Source of the DNA: Hemiscyllium ocellatum
Lineage: Eukaryota
Reading direction: 5' to 3'
Length of the DNA: 64,000 nucleotides
NCBI RefSeq assembly: GCF_020745735.1
Contig: NC_083410.1
Location: forward strand, 23,224,117 to 23,288,116
Of this stretch, positions 10,852-22,534 are shown one piece after another. The notes under the pieces were generated by a model. That model was not told where the DNA came from. It saw nothing but the letters and a program-made list of their open reading frames with translations, and did no database searches. A program made the position numbers and the translations under genes. Numbering within the stretch: the first letter of the stretch is position 1; every line of letters begins with the position of its first letter.

Positions 10852-12722
10852 AGAGAGTCGTGGAGATGAACAGCATGGAAACAGACCCTTCAATCCAACC
10901 CGTCCATGCCGACCAGATATCCCAACCCAATCTCGTCCCACCTGCCAGCACCCGGCCCATATCCCTCCAAACCTTTCTTATTCATATACCCATCCAAATG
11001 CCTTTTAAATGTTGCAAATGCACCAGCCTCCACCACTTCCTCTGGCAGCTCATTCCATACACGTACCACCCTCTGAAAAAATTTGCCCCTTAGGTCTCTT
11101 TTATATCTTTCCCCTCTCACCCTAAACCTATGCCCTCTAGTTCTGGACTCTCCAACCCCAGGGAAAAGACTTTGTCTGTTTATCCTATCCATGCCTGTCA
11201 TGATTTTGTAAACCTCTATCAGGTCACCCCTCAGCCTCAGCCTGTTCATCCTCTCCCTATAGCTCAAATCCTCCAACCCTGGCAACGTCCTTGTAAATCT
11301 TTTCTGAATCCTTTCAAGTTTCACAACAACTTTCCAATAGGAAGGAAACCAGAACTGAATGCAATATTCCAACAGTGGCCTAACCTGCACAGCCGCAACA
11401 TGAGCTCCCAACTCCTGTACTCAATACTCTGTCCAATAAAAGAAAGCATACCAAACACCTTCTTCACTAACTTATCCACCTGTGACTCCACTTTCAAGGA
11501 GCTAAGAACCTGCACTTCAAGGTCTCTTTGTTCAGCAACACTCCCTAGGACCTTAGCATCAAGTGTATAAGTTTTGGATGTAGGTTTGCTCGCTGAGCTG
11601 CAAGGTTCATTTCCAGACGTTTTGTTACCTTACAGGTAACGTCTTCAGTGGGCCTCAGGTGAAGCAATGCTGTAAATCCCTGCTTTCTATTTATATGTTT
11701 GGGTTGCTGATGTCATTTCTTGTGATGTTACTTCCTGTGGTGAAGTCACTTCCTGTTCCTTTTCTCAGGGGGTGGTAGATGTGTTAGACATCGAGTTAGA
11801 CCCCATCTACCACCCCCTAAGAAAAGGAACAGGAAGTGACTACACCACAGGAAATGGCATCACCAACCCAAACATATAAATAGAAAGCAGGAATTTTCAA
11901 CATCGCTTTGCCTGAGGCCCACTGAAAATATTATCCAGTAAGGTAACGAAACGTCTGGAAACGAACCTTGCAGCTTAGCGAGCAAACCTACATCCAAAAC
12001 CTCAACCTGAGCTACAAATCTTCTCAAAACTCACTAAGTGTATAAGTCCTGCTAAGATTTGCTTTCCCAAAATGCAGCACCTCACAATTATCTGAATTAA
12101 ATTCCATCTGCCACTACTCAGACCATTGGCCAATCTGGTCAAGATCCTGTTGTAATTTGAGGTAACCTTCTCTGTCCACTACACCTCCAGTTTTGGTGTC
12201 ATCTGCAAACTTACTAACTGTACCTCTTACGTAAATTATTTGGATGTGAGCAAAATGATGAAAAGTGAAGGACCCAGTACCAATCCTTATGGCACTCCAC
12301 TGGTCAAAGGCCTCCAGTCTGAAAAACAACCCTCCAGCACCCTCTGTCTTCTACCTTTGAGCCAGTTCTGTATCCAAATGGCTAGTTCTCCCTGTATTCC
12401 GTCAGATCTCACCTTGCTAACCAATCTCACATGGGGAACCTTGTCGAACACCTTACTGAAGTCCACGTAGATCACATCTACCACTCTGCCCTCATCAATC
12501 CTTTTTGTTACTTCCTCAAAAAACTCAATCAAGTTTGTCAGACATGATTTCCCATGCACAAAGCCATGGTGACTATCCCTAATTAGTCCTTGTCTTTCCA
12601 AATACAGGTACATTCTGTCCCTCAGGATTCCCTCCAACAACTTGCCCACCACCGATGTCAGGCTCACTGGTTTACAGTTCCCTGCCTTGTCCTTACCACC
12701 CTTCTTAAACAGTGGCACCATG
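10852..12722 (-). mobile_element. Young CR1-type LINE (HER1-like), 5'-truncated RT and 3' UTR, interrupted at 11573-12035
   Basis: ORFs VPLFKKG..PVSLTSVVGKLLE..SCLTNLIEFFEEVT..VDVIYVDFSK, SKFADDTK, RPLLEYCIQFW; 3' tail ending gactct. Confidence 0.92.
11573..12035. mobile_element. Palindromic Penelope-like pLTR insertion with a hammerhead motif in each arm
   Basis: 11571-11780 is the reverse complement of ~11802-12000. 12 bp direct repeat aagtgtataagt at 11561-11572 and 12036-12047. 3' terminus gagctacaaatcttctc is shared with the GIY-YIG elements at 19477 and 58216. Confidence 0.85.
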
Positions 12723-13127
12723 TGAGCTATAGGGAGAGGAGGCTGAACAGGCTGGGGCTCTTTTCCCTGGAGCGACGGGGGCTAACCTTATAGAGGTTTA
12801 CAAAATCATGAGGAGCATGGATAGGATAAATAGACAAAATCTTTTCCCTGGGGTGGGGGAGTCCAGAACTGGTGGTCATGAGTTTAGGGTGAGAGGGGGA
12901 AGATATAAAAGAGACCTAAAGGGCAACTTTTTCACGCAGAGTACATGTGTGGAATGAGCTGCCAGAGGAAGTGGTGGAGGCTGGTATAATTATAACATTT
13001 AACAGGCGTTAGGAGGGATATGAGCTGGGTGCTGGCAGGTGGGACTAGACTGGGTTGGGATATCTAGTTGGCATGGACGGGTTGGATTGAAGGGTCTGTT
13101 TCCGTGCTGTACATCTCTATGACTCTA
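12723..13127 (+). mobile_element. CR1-type LINE 3' end
   Basis: SYRERRLNRLGLFSLERRGL; tail gtgctgtacatctctatgactcta. Confidence 0.9.
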
Positions 13128-13204
13128 AATTCTTCAACTTCCAGCAATCATTGTGTATCTTGAATCAAAGAAAATTTTCCTTTCTTTTCTGAAGATGCAA
13201 AATT

Positions 13205-14030
13205 ATTAGAGTCATCTAGCAGAAACAAACCCTCCCGTCTAACTTGTTCATGCTAACAAAGTTTCACATTCTAAACCAGTCCATTTTGTCCTTGTTTGGC
13301 CCACATCGCTCTAAACCTTTCCTATCCATGTACATGTCCAAATGTCCTTTAAATTTGTAACTGTACTTGCATCTACGACTTCCTCTGGCAGTTCATTCCA
13401 CATACGAACCACCCCCCTGTGTGAAAATGTTACCCCTGCGGTCCCTTTTAAATTTTCTCCTCTCACCCTAAAAATGTCCCCTAGTTCTGAAATATCCCTT
13501 CCTAGAGAAAAGACCTTTGTTATTCACCCTTTCTATCCCCTCATAATTTTATAAAGCTCTAAAGCTCTTCGATTTCATACGCTCCAGTCAAAATAGTCTC
13601 AGTCTATCCAGTCTCTCCTTATAACTCAAACCCTTCTGTCCCAGCAACAATCCTGGTAAATCTTTTCTGAACCCTCTCCGATTTAATAATATCCTTCCTA
13701 TAGCAGGGTGACCAGAACTGTACACAGTACTCCCAAAAGTGGCCTCACCAAAGTCCTGTACAACCTCAACATAACATCTCAACTCCTATACTCAATGGTC
13801 TGAGCAATGAAAGCAAGTGCGCTAAACAACTTCTCAACTACGGTGTCTACGTGTGATGGAACTCTCAAAGAACTATCTATCTGAACCCCTAGGTATCTCT
13901 GTTGACAACATTACCCAGGACTCTATCATTAACTGCATAAATCCTGCCCTTGTTTGTATTAACAAAATGCAATAATCGCACATTTAACCAAATTAAGCTC
14001 CATCTGCCATTCCTCAGCCCACTGGCCTCA
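13205..14030 (-). mobile_element. CR1-type LINE 3' fragment
   Basis: ORF 13588-13782 GLSYKERLDRLRLF; homologous to 10852-11560. Confidence 0.85.
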
Positions 14031-14504
14031 TGTGTGAGTCTCAACAATCCTTATTAGGTATAGTATTAAGAAAAAAACAAGGTCTGACAGTTCTTTATGC
14101 ACTACTAATGAATAGGAGACAAGAGACAATGTTAGAAAAAACTCAGGTTATTCATCTTCAGCGAGCACGGAAAAATAATATACTTCTTCCATAAATCAAT
14201 GTACTTCTGTACACATCAGGATAATGTTGTGGATAATTAAGAGAAGAAACTCATGATTTTTCTCCCATATCCAGCACAAACTCATTAATGTCCTTCAAGA
14301 AAGGGGATAGTCATTCCCAACTAGTCTAAACTACCAGTGATGACAGACCGACACTGCATGTTTTGACTTCTAATGGGTCTAATTGTAACTGGGAATAGGC
14401 AATAAACATTATCCATACAGCAAGTACAAGTGGGGGCGGGGGAAAGCAAATTTCACACAGACTGGTGAGTAAACCATAACCTTCCTGCTCTGTATTTCAA
14501 CAGT

Positions 14505-14836
14505 ATGGGTACAGTGAATGGTCAAGGTCTTTCTCCCAAGGTAGAGGTGTCCAAAACCAGAGGGCATGGGTTTAAGCTAAGAGGGGAAAAAATTAAAAGG
14601 GATCCAAAGGGCAACTTTTTCACACAGAGGGTAGTGCATGTATGGAATGAACTACCGGAGGAAGTGGTGAAGGTTGGTACAGCATTTAAAAGGCATCTGG
14701 ATGGGTACATGAGTAGGGTTTGAGGAATGTGGGCCAAATGATGGCAATTGGGACTAGATCGGCTTAGGATATCTGGTTGGTGCTGACGGGTTGGACCGAA
14801 GGGTTTGTTTCCATTCTGTGCATCTCTGTGACTATC
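14505..14836 (+). mobile_element. CR1-type LINE 3' end
   Basis: KTRGHGFKL..NFFTQRVVHVWNELPEEVV; catctctgtgactatct tail. Confidence 0.88.
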
Positions 14837-15088
14837 TAACAGAGTCTCATGTTTATCAACAAAATCACTGGGGAAGCCAAATCCAAGGTTTGGCATTAAC
14901 AGCCAACAATATTATCAAAGCATCACAAAGGCCTCAAAAAGTTAACACTGTTTAACACATAGTTATTGATAGCAAGCTCAGTTGGCTAAGAAACAGCATA
15001 ATAACTAATAAAATACACAGTGGAATGTGCCATTTAAAAATAGCTCTGGGTTAGGCTGAAATACATCTCACCATCATGGGTTACGTAC

Positions 15089-15247
15089 CTTAGGTGAGCT
15101 GTGTCGCGTCTTAAGCAGGATCTGATAATTCAGTGGTTTCCAGACAGAATCATCGCCAATAGCAACAGAAAACTGTGCTATACATGGGACTAGATGATTG
15201 GTCACTCTGTCCTTGTACGCCTCCTCACCTCCCAGCATGTTTTCCAG
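15089..15247 (-). CDS. HEATR1: HEATR1 exon
   Basis: aag|CTG...AAG|gtacgt, 159 nt; LENMLGGEEAYKDRVTNHLVPCIAQFSVAIGDDSVWKPLNYQILLKTRHSSPK. Confidence 0.96.
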
Positions 15248-15431
15248 CTTCAAACATTAGAATTTTAAAACATATTTACACTTCTTACTCCATGAATTTT
15301 GATGAACATCATTATAACTTAATGCAGATACTAATTTAATATTGATTATAATATATGTATGTCTATTTGCCAAATTAAAAATAAACAGCCATGATCAATA
15401 GATAATAGACAGATAATGTGAGTGTTTGCAA

Positions 15432-15646
15432 GATTAAAAAACAAAAGAACTGCGGATGCTGGAAATCTGAAACAAAAACAGAAATTGCTGGAAAATCTCA
15501 GCAGGTCTAGCAGCAATTGGAGAGAAATTAGAGTTAACATTTCCGGAGGAACTAGAGTTCTGAAGAAGTGTCATTGGCCCTGAAACGTTAACTCTGATTT
15601 CCCTCTACAGATTCTGACAGACGTGTTGAGATTTTCCAGCAATTTC
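15432..15646. mobile_element. Short inverted-repeat element with hammerhead motif (Penelope-pLTR-like)
   Basis: Arms aacagaaattgctggaaaatctca / tgagattttccagcaatttctgtt. Hammerhead core at 15554-15595. 9 bp direct repeat tgtttgcaa at 15423-15431 and 15647-15655. Confidence 0.75.
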
Positions 15647-15762
15647 TGTTTGCAAACGGAAGGTGTCCAACTTGTTTTTGTCATTAAAGTTATAGTTTAT
15701 ATTTTGGAGTCAGCTTAAATTTTGTTTTTGGTACAACATACAAAATGTCATTCACATAACAC

Positions 15763-16112
15763 GGGGCAGCACGGTGGCTCAGTGGTTAGCATTGTTGCTT
15801 CACAGCACTAAGGACCCGGGTTCGATTCCAGCCTCGGGGGACTGTCTGTGTGGAGTGTGCACATTCTCCCTATGTCTCCATGGGATTCTCAGATTACTCC
15901 CACAATCTAAAGATGTGCAGGTTAGGTGAATTGGCCGTGCTAAATTGCCCAGTGTTCAGGGATGTGTAGGATAGGTGTATTAGTCAGCAATAAATGTAGA
16001 GTAATATGGAAGGGGACTGGGTATGGGTAGGTTATTCTTCAGAGGGTCAGTGTGGACTCATTGGGCTAAAGGGCCTGTTTCCTCACTGTAGGGATTCCAT
16101 GAATTCTATGAT
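15763..16112 (+). mobile_element. V-SINE (HE1-like)
   Basis: ggggcagcacggtggctcagtggttagc ... gggttcgattcc ... ctgtagggattccatgaattctatg. Confidence 0.88.
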
Positions 16113-16745
16113 TAACCAGGTGTTTTTTGCTGGACCATTACTGCAATGTTTGATGAGAAGAGCACCTATGTAGTGAAAGTATTAGCTTGAGCAAAGCTTG
16201 ATGTCAACAATGCAACAGAGAGGTTGAGTTGTCATTATGAACTATAAGAGTGATCTAATAATCTTTGATTGGGTTTGGGTTATTCTGTAATATTCAGTTT
16301 ATTTGATTTTCCGAAACAAAATTTTCAGAGAAGTTATTCGTAGCTGGGAAAGATGTGTAGCTTAAATCAATTAATATGAACATCAGTAATAGCATGACTT
16401 GAACACTGGAAGGAAAAACATTTGTTTGGCTTTTGGGAAAGAGCAAAGGGAGTGGGACTAATTGGACAGATCCACCAAAAAGCTGGCCTGGGCAAAGCAG
16501 GCTGAATGTCCACCTTCCATACTGTAACATACTTTGATTCTAAATCACGGGTTGCATCAGAAATGCTTCTGAACCTGCATTCATTGTGTATGCTACATTG
16601 TACTTAAGATATACCAGAGAAAGACAAGTTGCTGGTTTATCAGCAATGCACTGGAGTGAATGTATGAATTGTGTGATATGAAACAGGCAATCAGCTGAGG
16701 TGAATTTTAAGAGTTGGAGTGAAATGCTCAAGCAGAGATACAAAC

Positions 16746-16900
16746 CTGATCTACTAAGGGCATCATTAGCGTATCAGCTCTCTCCTTACTGACAAATCGC
16801 TGAGTGTCGTAGAGAAAGATTTTGTGCATGCAGTCGCAGACAAATTGAAGTAGTAAGCACGATTTCTCAGTGTTTTTATCTGAGTCAAAGAAAGCTTCAT
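16746..16900 (-). CDS. HEATR1: HEATR1 exon
   Basis: atag|AT...CAG|gtttgt, 155 nt; EAFFDSDKNTEKSCLLLQFVCDCMHKIFLYDTQRFVSKERADTLMMPLVDQ. Confidence 0.95.
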
Positions 16901-17219
16901 CTATTTTGGGGGCAAAAAGAAACAAGATAACTCTGCATTTCATGCTTGAGTAATTCTGCAGTTAGTTAAAACAATGATCTGTCCGTACTTATACCCAGTG
17001 CCTAAGAAATCTGACATTGGTCACGGCTGATTAGATTCAATGCATTACAAGTGACAACAAATGAAGTGCTATGAAAAACATTTGGATATTCCACCGTTTC
17101 AAAAGGTGAAGATCAGACTTTGATTAAATAAACATGACTGGACAGGTTTTTTCAGTATTGCTCAGTTTTAGAGGAACAAAAAATTTCTCTGCTATCTTTT
17201 CAAGTTCCGAAGTCACATG

Positions 17220-18720
17220 ACATGAGCAGAGTCATTGGGGACATTTAAGCAACTGCTGGACCTGGACATGGATAGCAGTGAATTGAGGGGTGCTTGGTTA
17301 AGTTATTTTATTTTACATTAGGATTAATCCTTGGCACAACATCATGGGCCAAAAAGCCTGTTCTGTGCTGTACTTTTCTATGTTCTATGATACCAGATTA
17401 TGGTCCAACAGGTTTATTGTTCAGTTTTTATTGTACTAACTTTCACACATCAATCAATTTATTTGTCAGGCTTGTAAACCAATGACATTTATTTGAGCTA
17501 CTAAATCCTGCAGCACCAAAAAGGCCATATATCTCACTGTACATGTAGCAGCCCTTTGAAAATGTGAGCCAATTGCCAATGAAAAGTCATCACTGAATTG
17601 GTTTTCATTTTCTTCTTGCCAGTACATTCCAGATCAGAAGGTTCTGTATAATGTATTTTCCTTACGCCACCACTGTTTTTTTTTCGCTACTTAGCTGACA
17701 TCTGTATGCTTTGGTTTCTGACCCATTGTTATTACAAAGAATTTCTCCTTATTTTCTCCAATAAAACGCTTCATGGTTCTAAACACTTTAATCAAGTCTC
17801 CCTTTTATTTTCCCTGCACAAAGCAGAACAATTCACTTCATTAGTTTAATTGCCTAAATGAAGTGTTTCACCTCCAGTACCATTTTCATAAATCTCTACA
17901 TCCTCTCTTGGGCTTTGATGTCACTTCTAATGTGGTAGTCAGAACAGTACACAATACTGCAGCCAAGTGCTTTGTAAAGGTTTATGAAAACTTCCTTACT
18001 TTTGCACTCTATTTGCCCTGAAGCACTGAATAGCATTTCACAGCCTTCTCAACCTGTTCCACCATCTTCAAAGATGCATGTATGTACATCTCCAGGTTTC
18101 AATGTTCCACCTCTATTTTGAAATCTTATCATTTTACAGCCTCTCTTCATTCTTAATACCCAGTGCATTATTTCGCACTTCTCTGCAGTAAATTTCATCT
18201 GCCATAGGCCTGCCCATTTCACCAATCTATGGCCTCCTGAAGTCTTGTTATACTCTTTACTGTTCACCATGTTTGAGTTCTGTGTGACCTGCAAACACTA
18301 AAATTATATCTTTTATAATGAAGACTCGATCATGAAAATAAACCAAAAACAGCACTGTCCCAATATTGACACCAGCGGATTCTCACATTTCTATTTGCCC
18401 GAAAATAATTCATAATTATGGCACTGTTGTCTGATCCTTAGCTGACTTTGCTTCCTGCAGTTAGTAGTCTATTAATTCCATAGGCTTTAATTTTGCTGCT
18501 AAATAGTAGTTTTTAAAGGCCATGTAATCATCAACCACATTACCCTCATCCACAATTTTTCATTACTGCATCCAAAAGCTCAGTCAATTTAGTTAATCAA
18601 AACTGTCCTTTGATCTCTCTTGCTGGCATTCTTTTATTCTCCCACACTTTCCAATTATCCACATGTACCGAATAGTTTTATTCCAGATTAATGCCTCCAA
18701 GATGTTTCCCCACCAAGGAC
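17220..18720. mobile_element. Degraded CR1-type LINE fragments (3' end on + at ~17220-17390; older copy on - at ~17480-18720)
   Basis: Tail ctgtgctgtacttttctatgttctatg; ORF 18049-18294 KWAGLWQMKFTAEKCEIMH. Confidence 0.65.
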
Positions 18721-18759
18721 ATGGATTAATATTTAAAAAGTTATTTGATTTCAACTCAC

Positions 18760-18928
18760 CGGTCTTGACAGTATTTGTCTGGTTCAAAATGTCAGCAAAG
18801 GGTTTCACTAATTGCCCAGCAAAAAGAGTAAATAACCCTTTCAGCTTGTCTGCAATGCAGTCTGCCAAACGGTAGAATGTAATCATTCTATCTTTAGAGA
18901 ATTCCTCAGATTTACTCCAGTCAAACAG
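18760..18928 (-). CDS. HEATR1: HEATR1 exon (BP28CT region)
   Basis: cag|CTG...ACCG|gtgagt, 169 nt; LFDWSKSEEFSKDRMITFYRLADCIADKLKGLFTLFAGQLVKPFADILNQTNTVKT. Confidence 0.96.
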
Positions 18929-19026
18929 CTGTTCAGAGACAAACCACAGGTCAGTGCTTGAAATAAAAAATAAACAATTCCAGAGAAAAACATCAGAGAG
19001 TGTCTCATTTAACATCGATAGCATAC

Positions 19027-19131
19027 CTTAAAGAACAGGGGCCTGAAGGTAACCTCTGACAGTTTCATTATCATACCAACAAGACAGTTAATTACAAGCC
19101 CTTCAATTTCACCTACATTATCCAAATCATC
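19027..19131 (-). CDS. HEATR1: HEATR1 exon
   Basis: cacag|GAT...AAG|gtatgc, 105 nt; DDLDNVGEIEGLVINCLVGMIMKLSEVTFRPLFFK. Confidence 0.96.
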
Positions 19132-19476
19132 CTGTGTGGGAAAGACAGAAAGGAAAATTGATCATATGCGTGCATTTTAAATAGAATATGGAAAACCAAC
19201 TGGTATATTAGTCAATAGCACACTTCAAACTTATAAAACATGAATATATATTTCTACCTCAGCACTCAAGCATAATAACTGATAGGGGGTGACTAATGTA
19301 TGGGCTTGAGACCATTCATGGGGTATGGTCAGGTTCTACCTTTTGACCATCCAAACCCAACGGAAGTTGCATATTGTACATGCCCTTTGTAGAAGGTTTG
19401 CAAGAGCAGATTATCAACAGTAATTGCCTGTACAAGTGACTAAACACTTGCAGCAATATCAAAAACTCTCAAAACA

Positions 19477-20346
19477 GGTGACATCCTCAGTGCTTGGGAG
19501 CCTCCTGTGAAGCGCTTCTGTCATGTTTCCTTCGGCATTTATAGTGGCTCGTCTCTGCCGCTTCCGGTTGTCAGTTGCTGTCCACTGCAGTGGCCGGTAT
19601 ATTGGGTCCAGGTCAATGTGTTTGTTGATAGAATCAGTGGATGAGTGCCATGCCTCTAGGAATTCCCTGGCTGTTCTCTGTTTAGCTTGCGCTATAATAG
19701 TAGTGTTGTCCCAGTTGAATTCATGTTGTTTGTCGTCTGTGTGCGTGGCTACTAAGGATAGCTGGTCGTGTCGTTTCGTGGCTAGTTGGTGTTCGTGGAT
19801 GCGGGTTGTTAGCTGTCTTCGCGTTTGTCCTATGTAGTGTTTTGTGCAGTCCTTGCATGGGATTTTGTACACTACGTTGGTTTTGTTCATGCTGGGTATC
19901 AGGTCCTTTGTCCTGGTGAGTTGTTGTCTGAGAACACCGACTAGCCACGAAATGACACGACCAGCTATCCTTAGTAGCCACACACACAGACGACAAACAA
20001 CATGGATTCGGCTGGGACAACACTACTATTGTAGCGCAAGCTAAACAGAGAACAGCCAGGGAATTCCTAGAGGCATGGCACTCATCCACTGATTCTATTA
20101 ACCAACACATCGACCTGGACCCAATATACCGGCCACTGTAGCTGACAGCAACTGACAACCGGAAGCGGCAGAGACAAGCCACTATAAATGCCGAAGGAAA
20201 CATGACAGAAGCGCTTCACAGGAGGCTCCCAAGCACTGAAGATGTCACCTAGAAAGGGGACGAAACTTTTGCAACAAAAACTCCCAGCTCGGCGAACAGA
20301 ACCACAACAATGAGCACCCGAGCTACAAATCTTCTCCCAAACTTTG
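19477..20346. mobile_element. Penelope-like element: head-to-head inverted pair of GIY-YIG endonuclease/pLTR 3' ends
   Basis: ORF 19459-19983 NVVYKIPCKDCTKHYIGQT..RIHEH..REFLEAWH..SINK (GIY-YIG). The right arm repeats it on +. 13 bp direct repeat aactctcaaaaca at 19464-19476 and 20347-20359. Confidence 0.92.
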
Positions 20347-20349
20347 AAC

Positions 20350-20830
20350 TCTCAAAACACTTTGCGCAGTGAAAAGATCTCCATGCACAAAACATGAAAT
20401 ATCAGTTTTTCTGCACCAACAACATCCCACTAACACCAATGAGATCTTAATGATTTTTAATGAACACTGGAAAGGATGATGTGCAGGTGCTGGTGCTGGA
20501 ATGGGTGGACAGGGTCAGAAGTCACATGACACCAGGTTATAGACTCAAGTTTATTTGTATTCACAAGCTATGGAGCGCTGCTCCTTCATCAGGTGAAGTG
20601 ACTCCACCTGATGGGATAGAACTCTGAAAGCTTGTGATTTCAAATAAACCTGTTGGATTATAACCTGGTGTCATGTGACTTCTGTACTGAAAAGGATAGC
20701 AAAGAAACTCTATGGTTCTCTCAATGTCACAGTATCCTCGTTGTCCTTGATGCAGCACTCATTTGTAGTGACAGCCGAGATTGTGAATACAAGCCTTGAA
20801 CCCACTGCCTTCTGACCAAACCAAGCTCTG
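20350..20830 (-). mobile_element. Degraded DeuSINE-like element, split by the 20478 insertion
   Basis: Reverse-complement similarity to the 40775-41150 copy (cttgaacccactgccttctgac; aacatcccactaacaccaatgagat). Confidence 0.45.
20478..20685. mobile_element. Short palindromic hammerhead-bearing element (AGCT stem III family)
   Basis: Arms cagaagtcacatgacaccaggttata / tataacctggtgtcatgtgacttctg. 12 bp direct repeat with one mismatch at 20466-20477 and 20686-20697. Confidence 0.8.
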
Positions 20831-21009
20831 CTAGCCTGTATATAATATATAAAAAGCACCAGTGTTCAACATTAGGCTGCTATATATTTAGCACTTAAAT
20901 GCAGAGGGATCTCTCTCCAAATTATATCAGTCACAAACATAAAATTAATCGCGATTTGCTTTCCAAATTACATTTTCAAAAGTAAAATAAATCAGTTCAG
21001 TGTTAATAC

Positions 21010-21144
21010 CTCCAAATGATCTGCTCTGAAATCCAGTGCTTTCAGGAAGAACAATGTAAGCTCAGATTGATGGGAGTTCACTTGTTCCTTTTCTATGTTA
21101 CTAATATGCTCCTTAAGGATATCGAAAAGTGGACCTAAATAATT
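21010..21144 (-). CDS. HEATR1: HEATR1 exon
   Basis: ctag|AAT...GAG|gtatta, 135 nt; NYLGPLFDILKEHISNIEKEQVNSHQSELTLFFLKALDFRADHLE. Confidence 0.95.
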
Positions 21145-22135
21145 CTAGAGAAGATGCAAACAAGTTAGAAACCAGTTCTGTTTTCCCATAAGTAATAATG
21201 TACATTGGATGACAAGACAAACGCTGTCAAGTGCTATTATTAATATCTGTATCACATCAATTACAAAACAGGAATGAGTTGACAATTAGGAATATACTGC
21301 CTGTATCACTGCCTGACTCCTGCCTATCCATGTAGCTCCATACTGTGTGCCAGAGAAGAATCATTTGCTGTGCAGTGACAGACTGATGAATCACAACTGG
21401 AACTAAATGTTTGAAAATGAATCTGAGACAAGCACAGAAGTTTGAATTGGTAAGGTTGCAGTGTTTGTTGTCTAGAGTGCAGGATGTTCATGCCAGATGC
21501 CATTTTCACTGGCTGAATGACAGGCCAATCTGCCGCTCAAGCTAAGGGATAACTCAAGAATTTGGACAGGCACAAGGTAGTGAAGTAGATCTGAAAGATT
21601 GTATATTTCTGTATGATTTAATATGTTTTGTAACAAAGGATAAAATATAAAATCTTAGTATAAGATAATTAAAACTCAATTAAAATTTACGTATGTTTAG
21701 GTTTATTAAAAATTCAAGCCAGATACTGAAGCCTTTACTAGTCACCGGTTTCTGCAAAGATTAAGTATCTCAATCAAAAAGGTGCAAAAGAAGATTTACA
21801 ATGAAATGCTATACAATTAGCCAACTGAGCTGCAAGTGGTTTGACCAAATGAATCCATTAAATATATCTGAATGCAGTTAATTCATGCATCTGGCTGGAT
21901 GCTTATGAAATTTTTATGATGTAAAATGCTATTACATATGGCACAGCTATAATTTCAAAGAAACCGCTTGGTATAATCACATTATAACTTTCAGGTTCGC
22001 ACTTTGCTATAACCATGAGATTTAACAACCAAAGCAACTGATGCATAACTTGAAGGCTTCTAAAATTTTCCATCATCTCCAACTCAAATGGTACAGAGCA
22101 AAAATCATAAATTCCCAAAAGGGAATAACTCTAAC

Positions 22136-22294
22136 CTGATTGGTGCTAGCAAGTTTATCGTAGCACTTATTAATTGCTGGCAACAGAACTCGAGGAGCTA
22201 GCTTTGTGGCCAGAGTAGTTCGAAGTGATGTTAGACGTGGGTCAAGCTGTGAAGAATGGCCAGTCCTTGAGGCAATTTTGGTCAAACGGGTGAC
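22136..22294 (-). CDS. HEATR1: HEATR1 exon
   Basis: gcag|GTC...CAG|gttaga, 159 nt; VTRLTKIAS...LATKLAPRVLLPAINKCYDKLASTNQ. Confidence 0.95.
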
Positions 22295-22383
22295 CTGCAG
22301 GAAAGAATTACTGCATGTCAGTTTCATGAAAATAACATATGTAGATTCTACTACTTGGCAACATTACTTTCTTTGATGCTTAC

Positions 22384-22534
22384 TTGTGCAAGGATGTCCT
22401 GTAGATAGGGGCTGATGAAATGTGACAGTGTTTCTACAACTTTCTGCAATGCTGTAACAGCACTTAATAAATAAATTTCATTGGACAGCAGTTCCTTCTG
22501 TTTTTTCAGGGTCTTTAGCAGTCCTGGCATCAGC
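22384..22534 (-). CDS. HEATR1: HEATR1 exon
   Basis: tacag|G...CAA|gtaagc, 151 nt; LMPGLLKTLK...LLSAVTALQKVVETLSHFISPYLQDILAQ. Confidence 0.95.

Noticed and set aside
15763-15835. tRNA-like A/B boxes
   Set aside because: These are SINE heads; there is no complete cloverleaf.
19296-19404. Two-hairpin stretch ending in ACA on the - strand (possible H/ACA snoRNA)
   Set aside because: No ANANNA H box between the hairpins, and the second hairpin is ambiguous.
21383-21426. TGATGA...CTGA motif pair
   Set aside because: Only ~44 nt long, antisense to the host gene, and lacks a terminal stem.
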